IMG/VR virus record: IMGVR_UViG_3300042197_002234
Location: 131,528-195,527 of that record
DNA from: a virus
Length of the DNA stretch: 64,000 bases
Direction: 5' to 3' (one strand)
Shown piece after piece: positions 10,861 through 21,250 of this stretch (positions within the stretch are counted from its first letter, which is position 1; each line of letters begins with the position of its first letter). The notes below the pieces were generated by a model, which had not been told where the DNA came from, searched no databases, and saw only the letters and a list, made by a program, of their open reading frames with translations. Position numbers and translations under genes: made by a program.

Positions 10861-11869
10861 TTTTAAAGACATTACAATTGTACCAGAAATGGTTTCCTCA
10901 ATCTCAAGTCGTAAAGAGATTAATATTTTAACATCAGAACTCAAGTTACCTTTAATGGTGTCCCCAATGGATACTGTTGTTGATACTGAAAACTTTTTTA
11001 AATTTAGTAAAAAAGGAATGGTTGTTTGTATGCCAAGAGGTGAATCTGAAATTTCAGGAGTGTTTTGGTCAATATCATTAGAAGAGTTTGATTTAATAAT
11101 TACCAATGAGATTATTCTTGATACGTGTGAACCAGTACATATTTTAGTTGATATGGCTAATGGTCATATTAAAAAGTTACACAAATTGTGTGAAAAATTT
11201 GTAAAACAAAATAAAAAAGGTGTGCATAAGTTAATGGTTGGTAATGTCGCAAATCCTGAAACATATGCCGTTTTATCGGAAATAGGTGTTGATTATGTTA
11301 GAGTTGGTATTGGTGGTGGTTCAGGATGTTTAACTTCTGCAAATACAGGTGTTCATTATCCAATGGCATCATTAATTAATGAATGTTTTAAAATTAAAAA
11401 AATTAACAGTTATAGAACAAAAATTGTTGCTGATGGCGGTTTTAGTAATTATGACGACATTATCAAAGCTTTAGCTTTAGGTGCTGATTATGTTATGTTG
11501 GGGGGTATTTTAAATAAAACTTTAGAGTCGTGTTCACAAACAAAACTTTTTAATTTAATACCGATTAATGAATCGACTGCGGAAAAAATATGGTATGATT
11601 TACCTTTTTTAAGAAAATACATGTATAAAAACTTTAGAGGTATGAGTACTAAAGAAGTTCAAAGGAAATGGGGTAAGTCTGTTTTAACAACATCTGAAGG
11701 CATTGTAAAAACTAATAAAGTTGAATACACGTTAGGTCAATGGGTTGATAATTTTGGCGACTACTTGAGGTCCGCAATGTCTTATACTAACTCAAGAAAT
11801 TTAGAAGATTTTAAAAATTGTGAGATTGTGTTTATTACAGAAAACGCCTTAAAAAGATTTAATAAATAA
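10841..11869 (+). CDS. guaC: GMP reductase / IMP dehydrogenase family protein
   Basis: SPMDTV, DMANGH, VRVGIGGGSGCLT (catalytic Cys), IVADGG, ALALGADYVMLG, FRGMST, TSEG; lacks CBS domains; GuaC versus GuaB not certain. Confidence 0.75.
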   Translation: MKTKKFDFKDITIVPEMVSSISSRKEINILTSELKLPLMVSPMDTVVDTENFFKFSKKGMVVCMPRGESEISGVFWSISLEEFDLIITNEIILDTCEPVHILVDMANGHIKKLHKLCEKFVKQNKKGVHKLMVGNVANPETYAVLSEIGVDYVRVGIGGGSGCLTSANTGVHYPMASLINECFKIKKINSYRTKIVADGGFSNYDDIIKALALGADYVMLGGILNKTLESCSQTKLFNLIPINESTAEKIWYDLPFLRKYMYKNFRGMSTKEVQRKWGKSVLTTSEGIVKTNKVEYTLGQWVDNFGDYLRSAMSYTNSRNLEDFKNCEIVFITENALKRFNK

Positions 11870-12145
11870 TTAGACAAATGATATGGAGACTTTAAGGTCT
11901 CCATTTCCTTTTATAACCCTGTGATAAGTACCCTCAGGTATTAAATAACTTTTACCCACTTCTAATGTGATTGGTAATTCGTTATCTAACTGAACTTTCC
12001 AATTGTCGGACTCTAATACTTCAACTATTCTATTTTCTCTATCTCGATGCCATTTTAATTCATGTTCATCAACATTAGAATCAAAAGTTCTTATTTTAGT
12101 ATTATTATGTTCTTTTTGAATAAAAGGTAATTTATTTTTCATCAT
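11870..12145 (-). CDS. Cupin-like hypothetical protein
   Basis: KWHRD...IPEGTYHRVIKG His pattern. Confidence 0.55.
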   Translation of the reverse strand: MMKNKLPFIQKEHNNTKIRTFDSNVDEHELKWHRDRENRIVEVLESDNWKVQLDNELPITLEVGKSYLIPEGTYHRVIKGNGDLKVSISFV

Positions 12146-12154
12146 ATTTAAATT

Positions 12155-12745
12155 TTACCAATATCCACCGTATGTTTTACCACCCCATAAATGAGCATAT
12201 CTGTTAATTCTACAAGCCCAATATCCTGCGGTCATTCTATCTTTTTTTGCCTTACAATTATGTCTTGATGCAAATTTTCTTCTAGCTTCAGGGTTAGATA
12301 CTTTAGCTGTGAGCCCACCTTTAACATCACCAAAACTTATTTTTTTAACCTTACCTGTCGATGGGTTTTTTACATACACAACATATTTTTTACCACCACC
12401 ACTATTTCTCATTGGTTTACCTAGTTCAACTTTCCTACCTTGATATTCAGCCTCATTAATAGATTCAATAACATAAGGTACTTCTAACCTAACCATTTTA
12501 CCATTAGATAATTTAACTTTTTTACCAAAGTCAGACTCCATCAACCACTTGTCCTCAAGACCAATTTGTATTAAATTTTTATTATATAATTTTCTAGTTT
12601 CATTAATTAACTCAAAAAAATTTTTAGAATAAGGTCTAAAAACATTCTCAGTTACGGATAAACCCTCATCTAAATGGAATTGTAGATTCTTTGATACTTC
12701 TGTTTCAGTTATTAAACTTATTGGTGTCATAATTTGTCTTTTCAA
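12155..12745 (-). CDS. Conserved phage hypothetical protein
   Basis: LITE/INE motifs, then a basic C-terminal domain VYVKNP..GKVKKISFG...RH.C...AGYWAC. Confidence 0.65.
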   Translation of the reverse strand: MKRQIMTPISLITETEVSKNLQFHLDEGLSVTENVFRPYSKNFFELINETRKLYNKNLIQIGLEDKWLMESDFGKKVKLSNGKMVRLEVPYVIESINEAEYQGRKVELGKPMRNSGGGKKYVVYVKNPSTGKVKKISFGDVKGGLTAKVSNPEARRKFASRHNCKAKKDRMTAGYWACRINRYAHLWGGKTYGGYW

Positions 12746-12778
12746 ATAAATATCACTAACTTTGCTTATATTATTACT

Positions 12779-13174
12779 ATGAACGAAAAAGTATTATACA
12801 TTGTTAGAGGATTACCAGGTAGTGGTAAATCAACGTTTGCAAAATCATTAGGTGGGAAACACTTTGAGGCTGATATGTATTTTATTGATGAAAACGGAGT
12901 ATATAACTTTGATTTTGCTAAAATAAAAATGGCTCACAATTGGTGTATGATTCAAACCCAAAAAGTAATGGTTGATGAGGAACCAAAAATAGTTGTCTCA
13001 AACACATTTACTCAAGAGTGGGAAATGGATACATATTTTAAATTAGCGAAAGAGAATAATTACAAAGTATTTTCTGTAGTCGTCGAAAATCGTCATGGTG
13101 GTAAAAACGAACATGGGGTTCCTGAAGATAAATTACAAATAATGAAGGACAGGTTTGAATTTAAACTATTATGA
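12779..13174 (+). CDS. AAA_33-type P-loop kinase
   Basis: VRGLPGSGKST Walker A; EAD.YF; VVSNTFT; HGVP; start reassigned downstream of TAACTTTG promoter. Confidence 0.85.
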   Translation: MNEKVLYIVRGLPGSGKSTFAKSLGGKHFEADMYFIDENGVYNFDFAKIKMAHNWCMIQTQKVMVDEEPKIVVSNTFTQEWEMDTYFKLAKENNYKVFSVVVENRHGGKNEHGVPEDKLQIMKDRFEFKLL

Positions 13175-13365
13175 AAATATTTTTTAATTTATTAATTTTT
13201 ATTATAAAACTTTTAATATCAATTAAAGTTTCATACCTATTATATATTACATATAACAATCCAACCAATGCTATTATAGATAAATTATCTTGGTGGATTT
13301 GTTTATTAGTTTTTGATGTTTGGTTAATGTCTAATTTACCACAACCAAAAGAAGATGAATCTTAA
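13171..13365 (+). CDS. Small 2-TM protein
   Basis: Two hydrophobic segments; ATGA overlap with upstream gene. Confidence 0.55.
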   Translation: MKIFFNLLIFIIKLLISIKVSYLLYITYNNPTNAIIDKLSWWICLLVFDVWLMSNLPQPKEDES

Positions 13366-14435
13366 GGTTGTGGGTTTAAAACAGATATAGCCTCAGGATA
13401 ATTTTGTGACAATACTTTTTCATTTTTATTTTCATAAGGTATGTTCTGAAGTACATATCTAATTGAATTTAATCCTGATATTCTTTTATCGTTTGAATCT
13501 ATAACAACCCAAGGATGATTTACAGTTGACGTTTTATCAAATAATCTATCCTTAAACTCTGTGAATCTGCCCCATAAATCTTGCATTTTTTCATCATTTG
13601 GTGAATATTTCCAAGATTTAAGAGGTGATTGTTGTCTCATTTGAAATCTTTTAGCTTGAGTATCTTTTTCGATTGAAAACCATAATTTAAATAGATAATC
13701 ACCGTCTTTAACTAAATCATTTTCAAAATCTTCAACATTATTCATAAAATCCTCATACTCTTCAGGCTCACCATAACCCATTAACGGTTCTATTAAACCT
13801 CTATTATACCAACTTCTGTCTAGTAAATTTATTTTACCTTTTTGTATTCTACTTCTATATCTATCCCACCAATTTTTTCTTTCTTCGGGTGTTGGTATTC
13901 CAAGAGCAATTACATTATAATATCTCGGATTCATATTTTCAATAAACTTTTTAATTGTGGAGCCTTTACCTGCAGAATCCCTACCTTCAAAAACAATAAT
14001 AACAGTTTTACCTGTCTTATTTAACCATTCCTCTAATTTCAACAATTCAATTTGTAGATAATAAAGTTCTTCTCTGTAAACTTTTTTTGGTAGTATTGAA
14101 GGTTCTTGTGGTACCATTGAAAATTCTTCGGGTTCATCCACAATATCTTTAATATTTTGTTGTCTAACTTCTAAAGACTTTAAAAGCTCATTGAAGAATT
14201 TAGACACATTCATTTTTCTATTACCTTTTAATTTTGTAATTTTTTCTAAACCACGTTCAAATAACGATAATTCAATTAAACCTTTGTCATGATATTCTTT
14301 TATTTTAATTAAATTCATTTTGTTTTCAGTGTTATATAATCTGTGTAATTTTAACAATGTTGTAATTTTTTCCATGTAAAATTCAGAGTTATCGCTAACA
14401 CCCTCTTCAATAATAAATTTATATAAATTAGACAT
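13362..14435 (-). CDS. ppk2: Polyphosphate kinase 2 with N-terminal extension
   Basis: LQIELLKL, VFEGRDSAGKG, DRSWYNR, SWKYSPND, PWVVIDSNDKR motifs. Confidence 0.92.
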   Translation of the reverse strand: MSNLYKFIIEEGVSDNSEFYMEKITTLLKLHRLYNTENKMNLIKIKEYHDKGLIELSLFERGLEKITKLKGNRKMNVSKFFNELLKSLEVRQQNIKDIVDEPEEFSMVPQEPSILPKKVYREELYYLQIELLKLEEWLNKTGKTVIIVFEGRDSAGKGSTIKKFIENMNPRYYNVIALGIPTPEERKNWWDRYRSRIQKGKINLLDRSWYNRGLIEPLMGYGEPEEYEDFMNNVEDFENDLVKDGDYLFKLWFSIEKDTQAKRFQMRQQSPLKSWKYSPNDEKMQDLWGRFTEFKDRLFDKTSTVNHPWVVIDSNDKRISGLNSIRYVLQNIPYENKNEKVLSQNYPEAISVLNPQP

Positions 14436-14438
14436 AAA

Positions 14439-14657
14439 TTATTTAGAGCGTTTTTGAAAATAAAAATACAATCCAAAACAAAGACCCGATAAAAAATACA
14501 AAATTAGATTGGCGCACCAAATACTCCCTGTTAAAACAAAAAGTTGATATTGAATTATATCGAATCCAAACGGGTTGAAAAACATAGCTAACATTAAAAA
14601 TTTTACTGACAAGTTTTCTAAAAAAACTTTTCTCCACGTTCTCTGTATGTTCATCAT
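14439..14657 (-). CDS. Small membrane protein
   Basis: FLMLAMFFNPFGFD plus second TM segment. Confidence 0.55.
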   Translation of the reverse strand: MMNIQRTWRKVFLENLSVKFLMLAMFFNPFGFDIIQYQLFVLTGSIWCANLILYFLSGLCFGLYFYFQKRSK

Positions 14658-14770
14658 CCATAGATTTGTAATTAAAATTTATGTTTCTTTTGGAAACTGT
14701 TTTATTATAAATATTATAAACAACGAATAATTGTTAAGTGATGAATATTTATTGAGTAAAGACCAATTGT

Positions 14771-15277
14771 ATGAGAAAAAATATTATTGACGAAAGAAAA
14801 ATTCGTAAAATTATTAGACAACATATTTTAGAACAAGTTAACATAGAAAAAGAACCTGAAAAAAAACAAAGATGTGTTGCGGGTAATGTTATTCCGTTAG
14901 ACGATATTGTAGGACCTTCAGATAGTTTTAATAGTTATGCGAAAAATCTATCTAAGAGAGATGGTGGAATTAACGGTATGACAGATACTTTAGATATGTT
15001 AAGAACATTAAGATTACATCCAGATATTAATGATGGTGGTGAACATTTGTCCTATAGTTTAATGAATCATTTAAATAAGTTTAGAAACAAAAATTATTTT
15101 GATGAGACAAATAGTGGTTGTATGAAAGCTATGGATAAAGTAATTGAACTTTACAAGGAAAATGAACATGGTGAAGATTTAGTTAGAGACATTGAAAAAG
15201 TTTTAAAACACAACGACCCGACACCAAGAGCTAAAGAATATCTGAAAAGATGTCTTGTGTTAATTAAAGAAAAATAA
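14771..15277 (+). CDS. Hypothetical protein with KIIRQHILEQ leader
   Basis: ATATTTAT upstream; leader motif. Confidence 0.65.
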   Translation: MRKNIIDERKIRKIIRQHILEQVNIEKEPEKKQRCVAGNVIPLDDIVGPSDSFNSYAKNLSKRDGGINGMTDTLDMLRTLRLHPDINDGGEHLSYSLMNHLNKFRNKNYFDETNSGCMKAMDKVIELYKENEHGEDLVRDIEKVLKHNDPTPRAKEYLKRCLVLIKEK

Positions 15278-15325
15278 TCCTCAATCGAGGACTTTTAGGA
15301 CCGTTATCGTTTCGGTAACAAAATT

Positions 15326-15354
15326 AAAGGGGAATCCGCTACTCCCCTTTTTTA
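15326..15354 (+). terminator. Intrinsic terminator
   Basis: AAAGGGGA..loop..CTCCCCTTTTTT hairpin with U tract. Confidence 0.65.
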
Positions 15355-15392
15355 TTTAATAACTTTTTATTACCTTTGTAGAAAAAATAGAG

Positions 15393-16001
15393 ATGAAAAC
15401 TAATTTTGCAAATTCATTTTTTGATAGTTTTAAAAAAATGATGAATAGAGGTCGTTGGTATTGGAAACTTTGGGATTTGTTTAGATATGATATCCCAAGA
15501 TTTTTCCGTAATCTATGGTTGTTCCGTAAAAACCTGTGGAATCACACTTGGTATAATGGAGACGGTTCAATATTACCATGGGTCAAAACAGCGGTTGATG
15601 ATATGTGCTGGAGGATTGAAAAACATGGTATGGAGGTTGAAGAAAGTCGTATGAAAAAAGTTGCTAAAATGAAAAGACTTTCATACTTAATTGATGTTTG
15701 TGTTAATGATAATTTTATTGATGTGGCGGAAGAAGAATTAGGCGTTAGAATGATTTATCATGATTGGGTATTCAAACCTGTTGAGGGAAGAGAGGATGTT
15801 GTTGAATTGGTGGATATGGACACCCCTGAAGAAAAGGAGATTAATACAAAAATCATAAAAAGAGCTCACGAAATTCAAAAAGAATACTGGGAAGAACTAA
15901 TATCAATTATTAAAGGTCCCGATTACGATAAAATTAGAGAGTCTGAAGAAGATTTTGATAAATTATATGATGGTTCTGATATTAGAGCTTGGTGGGATTA
16001 A
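15393..16001 (+). CDS. Hypothetical protein
   Basis: 202-aa ORF; TACCTTTG promoter at 15371-15378. Confidence 0.7.
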   Translation: MKTNFANSFFDSFKKMMNRGRWYWKLWDLFRYDIPRFFRNLWLFRKNLWNHTWYNGDGSILPWVKTAVDDMCWRIEKHGMEVEESRMKKVAKMKRLSYLIDVCVNDNFIDVAEEELGVRMIYHDWVFKPVEGREDVVELVDMDTPEEKEINTKIIKRAHEIQKEYWEELISIIKGPDYDKIRESEEDFDKLYDGSDIRAWWD

Positions 16002-16118
16002 AAATTATTATTATCTTTGTATTATGAAATCAATTATCAAAAAATATTCAGTGGGAATTGCAATCATAACTTGGTTTGTTGCTATTATAACTTTTGCTTA
16101 CTTTATGACTAAATAGAC

Positions 16119-16811
16119 ATGAAAATTACATTAATATCCGATACGCACAATAAACACAAGCAAATCACGGAAGATTTGATTGGTGGTGACTTGTTGTTAC
16201 ACGCTGGTGATATGTCAAGTATGGGATATCAGCATGAAATTAGAGAATTTCTCAAATGGTTTAACAATCTAAACAACTATACTCATAAAATTTTTATTGC
16301 GGGTAATCATGATTGGGGTTTCCAAGACAGTCCTATGATGTGTGAAGGACTTTTAGATTTTTATAATAAGGTAACCTACCTTGAAGATATGTTGGAGGTT
16401 ATTGGGGATGATTATAATAGTTCTGTTAAAGTTTGGGGTAGTCCTTGGCAACCAGAATTCTATAATTGGGCATTTAATTTACCACGTAATGGTGAACAAC
16501 TCAAGGAAAAATGGGATATGATTCCTATGGACACTGATATTTTAATTACTCATGGACCCGCCTGGGGATATGTTGATGACGTTGAGGGTCGTAGAGGTGA
16601 GCACTTGGGTTGTGAGTTGTTGGCAGAAAGAATTAAAGTTGTTAAACCTAAAATTCATCTATGTGGTCACATTCACACTGGTAATGGTTATATGTTTGAT
16701 GGTAACACTCATTATATTAACGCATCTGTGTTAAATGAAAGATACAATTACGCTCACAAACCATTTCACATTGATTGGAATCCTGAAACTAACGATTTAA
16801 TTTTCTTATAA
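16119..16811 (+). CDS. Calcineurin-like metallophosphoesterase
   Basis: SDTH, HAGD, AGNHD, ITHGP, CGHIH motifs. Confidence 0.9.
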   Translation: MKITLISDTHNKHKQITEDLIGGDLLLHAGDMSSMGYQHEIREFLKWFNNLNNYTHKIFIAGNHDWGFQDSPMMCEGLLDFYNKVTYLEDMLEVIGDDYNSSVKVWGSPWQPEFYNWAFNLPRNGEQLKEKWDMIPMDTDILITHGPAWGYVDDVEGRRGEHLGCELLAERIKVVKPKIHLCGHIHTGNGYMFDGNTHYINASVLNERYNYAHKPFHIDWNPETNDLIFL

Positions 16812-16815
16812 AAAT

Positions 16816-17433
16816 ATGAAATACATACTTGAAACTTATGGGTGGACTATGGATGTATCCTGTCACTCTCTAACTGATGAACAAGTCTCAGAAATCCAAC
16901 AAATTATGACTGAAAATGGTTATGAAGAACTGTGGGAGGCTAGATACGACATTGAAGATAAATTAGGAATTTATATTCATGAACCTAACATGTTTCAAAT
17001 TTCTAAAGGATTTCATAATGGAACCATGTATTTTTATGTTAAAGATGAGGATGGTAAAATTGTTACTGAATTTGGTATTGAGGACACTACTGATGTATAT
17101 GACGCGGTACCAAATATTGATGACTATGAATATGAAGGTTATGACGCTTTTCCATCAAAAGACAAACATAAAAACATTTTGTTAGTTATTGATGAAAATA
17201 AAGGTGGTATTAATGACTATCACTTTGAAAGTGATAAAATTCCTACCGCAGCGGATTTTTCATATCAACCAGGTTGTATTGAAACCCCTGATGGTGATTG
17301 GGATTTTATATCAAGAATATTTTTTAAAACAACCGAACTAGAAGTTTACGACCATTTGGACAATACTGGTAAGGCATCAACAATCGAGTTGTGGACATTG
17401 GAAAATTCAGGTGTTTTGGGTAATGAGGAATAA
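16816..17433 (+). CDS. Acidic hypothetical protein
   Basis: 205-aa ORF in operon with metallophosphoesterase. Confidence 0.65.
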   Translation: MKYILETYGWTMDVSCHSLTDEQVSEIQQIMTENGYEELWEARYDIEDKLGIYIHEPNMFQISKGFHNGTMYFYVKDEDGKIVTEFGIEDTTDVYDAVPNIDDYEYEGYDAFPSKDKHKNILLVIDENKGGINDYHFESDKIPTAADFSYQPGCIETPDGDWDFISRIFFKTTELEVYDHLDNTGKASTIELWTLENSGVLGNEE

Positions 17434-17461
17434 AAAATGGGGGTTAGTGACCCCCATTTTA
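17434..17461. terminator. Bidirectional terminator
   Basis: AAAAATGGGG..loop..CCCCATTTT between convergent genes. Confidence 0.7.
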
Positions 17462-17462
17462 T

Positions 17463-18377
17463 TTATAGACTTAATAACATCTCAACTAATTCAGGCTGTG
17501 GAAACATGTCTACTTTACCTCTCATAACATTAGTATGGGACCACATACCTTTAGTTCTTTCGCACATGGCAACATCCATCCTATCAAAAGCCTTAAACTC
17601 ACCATCTTTTTTAATTAATTTAATTAAACCTTCTCTAACATCAATTGAATGTTTGTTACCTATATATAAAATTAGTTCTTTTAAACTAACAATTTGGTTG
17701 TCGGAATATTTGTGCCAATATTTAAACCCTCTAAATTCTTGACGTAATTCAACAATCTGACTTGGGTGAGCTTCGGTACCAACATAAGTATAAAATTTAT
17801 CAGGATTTAATTTAATCCAAACACCATTTTTACTATAACCGCCTTTGGTTAATTGACCAAAATTACAAACTTCAATTCCTATTGAATTTCTGTGCATAAT
17901 ATTGTTTCCAGTACCAAGATGCCATCCATATCCTCCGTCAGGTATGCACTTTACAACTTCACCATCAAATTTTTCATCATTACCTCTTATTGACGGTCCC
18001 CCAAGAACAAATTCAGTGGCGACTTGACCTCTATTGTCATTAGCCCAAGCATCTATTGTATTGTATGGGTTATGCCATCCTGCGGTGTGATGTAAAAATA
18101 ACCATTCTTTTTTTGTTGGTCCTGGTAAAAATTGACCTTTAGGTAGTAATTTTTCCTTAATTAAAATCTCATTATTTTCTGTAATGTCTGTTGTCGCAAT
18201 CGCCATTGCGTTCCAAGTTACTGGACCAACCAAACCATCATCGAGTAAACCATTTTCTTTTTGCCATTTTTTAACCGCTTTTTCAGTTTTTGGACCAAAA
18301 TCACCATCAACATAAATGTTTAAAAATTCTTGTAGTAATTCTACGTTTTTTCCTTTTGAACCTAATCTTAGTGTCAT
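17463..18377 (-). CDS. N-acetylmuramoyl-L-alanine amidase (Amidase_2) with N-terminal PG-binding domain
   Basis: LRLGSKG...DGDFGPKTE.AVKKWQ...DG.VGP.TW; LHHTAG, HLG, SIGIEVC, SHT..., K.D amidase motifs. Confidence 0.88.
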   Translation of the reverse strand: MTLRLGSKGKNVELLQEFLNIYVDGDFGPKTEKAVKKWQKENGLLDDGLVGPVTWNAMAIATTDITENNEILIKEKLLPKGQFLPGPTKKEWLFLHHTAGWHNPYNTIDAWANDNRGQVATEFVLGGPSIRGNDEKFDGEVVKCIPDGGYGWHLGTGNNIMHRNSIGIEVCNFGQLTKGGYSKNGVWIKLNPDKFYTYVGTEAHPSQIVELRQEFRGFKYWHKYSDNQIVSLKELILYIGNKHSIDVREGLIKLIKKDGEFKAFDRMDVAMCERTKGMWSHTNVMRGKVDMFPQPELVEMLLSL

Positions 18378-18425
18378 AATATTTCTTTTACTATAAATAA
18401 TCTAAAAAAATAAAAAAGGTGGGAA

Positions 18426-18614
18426 TTATTTTTTCCCACCTAATTTAGTTCTTTTTACACCCTTAGTTATTGGGGGTTTTTTGTACTTAATCTCAACCTG
18501 ATATGGGTTTACTGTACTTATCTTAGAGTCGTACTTCCAAATACTAATAGTGTCTTCATCTTCATAAATTCTTTCCCATTTTTTATGTTCTTCTTGACTT
18601 ATTTTTTTACTCAT
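18426..18614 (-). CDS. Hypothetical protein
   Basis: TATATTTG promoter at 18619-18626 on minus strand. Confidence 0.55.
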   Translation of the reverse strand: MSKKISQEEHKKWERIYEDEDTISIWKYDSKISTVNPYQVEIKYKKPPITKGVKRTKLGGKK

Positions 18615-18637
18615 ACTGCAAATATAATAAAAAAATA

Positions 18638-19462
18638 TTAATCCACCTCAACCTCAACCATATTTAGTTCATAAGCCCTTGCAAGTCTTGTCATTCCAAT
18701 ACCCCCTCCGAATCTTGGGAAAAATTTGTGAGATAGAAATTCTTCTAATTCGGCTTCAACTCTTTCTTTACCGAATAACTCAAACAACTTGGCGGAATAA
18801 CCACCATTTTCAATTGTATAGAACATATTTCTCATTTCTTCAACATCACAACTTCTTTCCGCACTACCAATGGTTTCTTGACCATATAAAATAACATCCA
18901 CTTTGTTAAATACACCATTAGTTCCGTGTTTCATATTCCAAAATGGATTAGTTCTAAGTGGAAAGTGTTGTAATGAGATTGATTCGCTAATCTCTTTCCA
19001 CATTTTGGTTTCGTGTTCTGCTTCCAATATATCAGTACCATATTGAGAACACATTCCTTCATAAGCAACAGCCTTAGGACTTCTAAATCCTAAATAATTT
19101 AGTAAATCCTCTTCAAGTTTTATCATTTCAGATATGGTACCCTTGGATTCGAACTCAAACATTGGAAAAATTAATTCGTGTCTACCAGGTATTGGATTTT
19201 TTTCTTCTCTATATGAAGTTGATATACAAAAAACTCCATTCCATTCAGGGTTTTTAAGTAATTCATATTCTAACCACATCTGACCTGTCTGTGGTAATGG
19301 CCATATTAAACCACCATACTCAAAAGTTTTAACCGAGTGAGGGTTTTCACATGCTGCTAAAATTGATAATCTGGATTGTGTTGGAACTTCAACAAATCCT
19401 CTCTTTAAGAAGAATTCTCTCATCTTCTGCACAAGTTCATTGTAAATTTTTGTGTTTTTCAT
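18638..19462 (-). CDS. Class II aaRS (Asp/Asn/Lys-type) catalytic-domain-only protein, asparagine-synthetase-like
   Basis: Motif 1 REFFLKRGFVEVPT, motif 2 YREE...RH..IFPMFEFE, motif 3 GGGIGMTRL; no anticodon-binding domain (274 aa). Confidence 0.8.
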   Translation of the reverse strand: MKNTKIYNELVQKMREFFLKRGFVEVPTQSRLSILAACENPHSVKTFEYGGLIWPLPQTGQMWLEYELLKNPEWNGVFCISTSYREEKNPIPGRHELIFPMFEFESKGTISEMIKLEEDLLNYLGFRSPKAVAYEGMCSQYGTDILEAEHETKMWKEISESISLQHFPLRTNPFWNMKHGTNGVFNKVDVILYGQETIGSAERSCDVEEMRNMFYTIENGGYSAKLFELFGKERVEAELEEFLSHKFFPRFGGGIGMTRLARAYELNMVEVEVD

Positions 19463-19648
19463 TTTAATTTAATTTATGGTTTATGTTTATTTTTGTTTGG
19501 GCAAAAAAAATCCCCTCAATAGAGGGGACTAATAATGGTAATGATTTATTAAAATTTTTATATTTTCGTAAGTCGCTCAGTATTTTTACCATCAGAATAT
19601 AAATATGATAAAAGTTTGTAAAATGTAAATTGTTTTGTATTTATTGTT

Positions 19649-20695
19649 ATGAAACTTGTAATAACCGAAAGTAAACTAAATTACATATTGGAAAGGTTAG
19701 GGGTTGCAGAACCAACACTACCATATGTTAATTTAGTGTATGAAATTTTAGAAGATAAAATTCACAAGTTATTAGAAGAAAAACCAAAAAATTATGTTGA
19801 AGAAGTAAAAATAGGTCACGATTATATAAAAGACATTTACACCAATTATTTTGATGAATTTGAGGAATTACCTATCGAAAGCATGTCAATAGATTTATAT
19901 TTCAAAATTGTTAAGGAAGTTGAGTCTAATAATTTTGCAACTGGCGGCGCCGCTTATCAGATTGAAAAAAAGAAAAAAGGTGGTTCTTATATTAAAAGAA
20001 AAAATATATTACTACCTAAAAAAATTTTAAAAGAGATTGATGATTGTGTTGTTGTTAAAATGGATATCGAAATTTACATAACAAAAAAATTCGATTCATC
20101 ATCAACTGACGAATTGTTGTATGACTTAAGAGATACTATACTACATGAGTTTAATCATATTTATGAGTTTTATAAAAGAAGTCAGTCCGACAAAAGTTTA
20201 GTAGATACTAGTTTAGGTTTATCAGGTGGTAAAAATTATAATGTACCTAAAAGTATTTTTAATGTTTGGAATGATTTTATCTATTTTGTTTACTACTCTC
20301 AACCCCATGAAATAAACGCTAAAACTCAAGAAGCATATAGTAAGAGACTCAGAATGAGTTTTGATGATTTCAAAAACACTTACTATTGGAAAACAGCTAA
20401 AGGGATGGAGGAATTTGATTCAAGTGTGTTTTATAATAAATTAGTAGATACCATAAAATCACATAATCCTGAATATGTTGAGTCTGTTTTAAATAGACTT
20501 TATTCGTGGTTTATGAGAGATTATAAAGAAGTATTAAACTACTTCGATAATGAACCAATAAGTTTAGTTAAGAAATCTAAAAACTTGGAAAGTTTAATAC
20601 GTAATTTTGAACCTAAAATTAAAAATGCGGGTAAAAAATTACAAAGAAATTATATAAGATTGTACAGTTTGTCACCTGAAGAAAATAATTTATGA
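19649..20695 (+). CDS. HExxH protein with MKLVITE leader
   Basis: LHEFNH and PHEINA; leader motif; GTATTTAT upstream. Confidence 0.65.
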   Translation: MKLVITESKLNYILERLGVAEPTLPYVNLVYEILEDKIHKLLEEKPKNYVEEVKIGHDYIKDIYTNYFDEFEELPIESMSIDLYFKIVKEVESNNFATGGAAYQIEKKKKGGSYIKRKNILLPKKILKEIDDCVVVKMDIEIYITKKFDSSSTDELLYDLRDTILHEFNHIYEFYKRSQSDKSLVDTSLGLSGGKNYNVPKSIFNVWNDFIYFVYYSQPHEINAKTQEAYSKRLRMSFDDFKNTYYWKTAKGMEEFDSSVFYNKLVDTIKSHNPEYVESVLNRLYSWFMRDYKEVLNYFDNEPISLVKKSKNLESLIRNFEPKIKNAGKKLQRNYIRLYSLSPEENNL

Positions 20696-20705
20696 CAATT
20701 TGTCA
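20693..20705. promoter_or_regulatory. TGACA-N3-TGTCA palindrome upstream of UVR-dnaK operon
   Basis: Perfect palindrome TGACAATTTGTCA; function inferred only. Confidence 0.4.
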
Positions 20706-20781
20706 GTAATTTTCTGTTGGCATAGTTTTTTATATTGATTTGCGAAAAAAAATAAACTAAATTTCGTAAAAAAAGAAAACT

Positions 20782-21249
20782 ATGGATTTATTCAGGTATT
20801 TTAGAAACAACAAAAGCTTAGATGAGCTAATTAAAGACTTAAACAAAAATTTAAAAGATTTTGGGTTTGAACCTTATTCAACAAATTTTAACACATCGGA
20901 AGAATCGGGATTTGATGATAACGGTGAATGGACTAAATCAACATTCAAATCAGACGATGGTAAAATAATGATGGTTACCGTAACACGTAATTACAATTTT
21001 AACGATGAGTCAACTAACGATGAAATAAATTCATCAGACATTAAATTTTTGGAAAGTGAGCTATCTAAAGCCGTAGACTCTCAGAACTTTGAAATGGCGG
21101 TTAAATTAAGAGACAAAATTAAACATTTAAAATCTAATGAAAAGGTTTTAAAACAGTTTGAAAAAGAATTGGAGTTGGCAATTAAAGAACAAAATTTTGA
21201 AAAGTGTATTGACCTTAGGGATAAAATTAAAAGTATAAAGACAAAATAA
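20782..21249 (+). CDS. Protein with two UvrB/UvrC (UVR) coiled-coil motifs
   Basis: [17 protein letters not shown] and [17 protein letters not shown]. Confidence 0.8.
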   Translation: MDLFRYFRNNKSLDELIKDLNKNLKDFGFEPYSTNFNTSEESGFDDNGEWTKSTFKSDDGKIMMVTVTRNYNFNDESTNDEINSSDIKFLESELSKAVDSQNFEMAVKLRDKIKHLKSNEKVLKQFEKELELAIKEQNFEKCIDLRDKIKSIKTK

Positions 21250-21250
21250 T

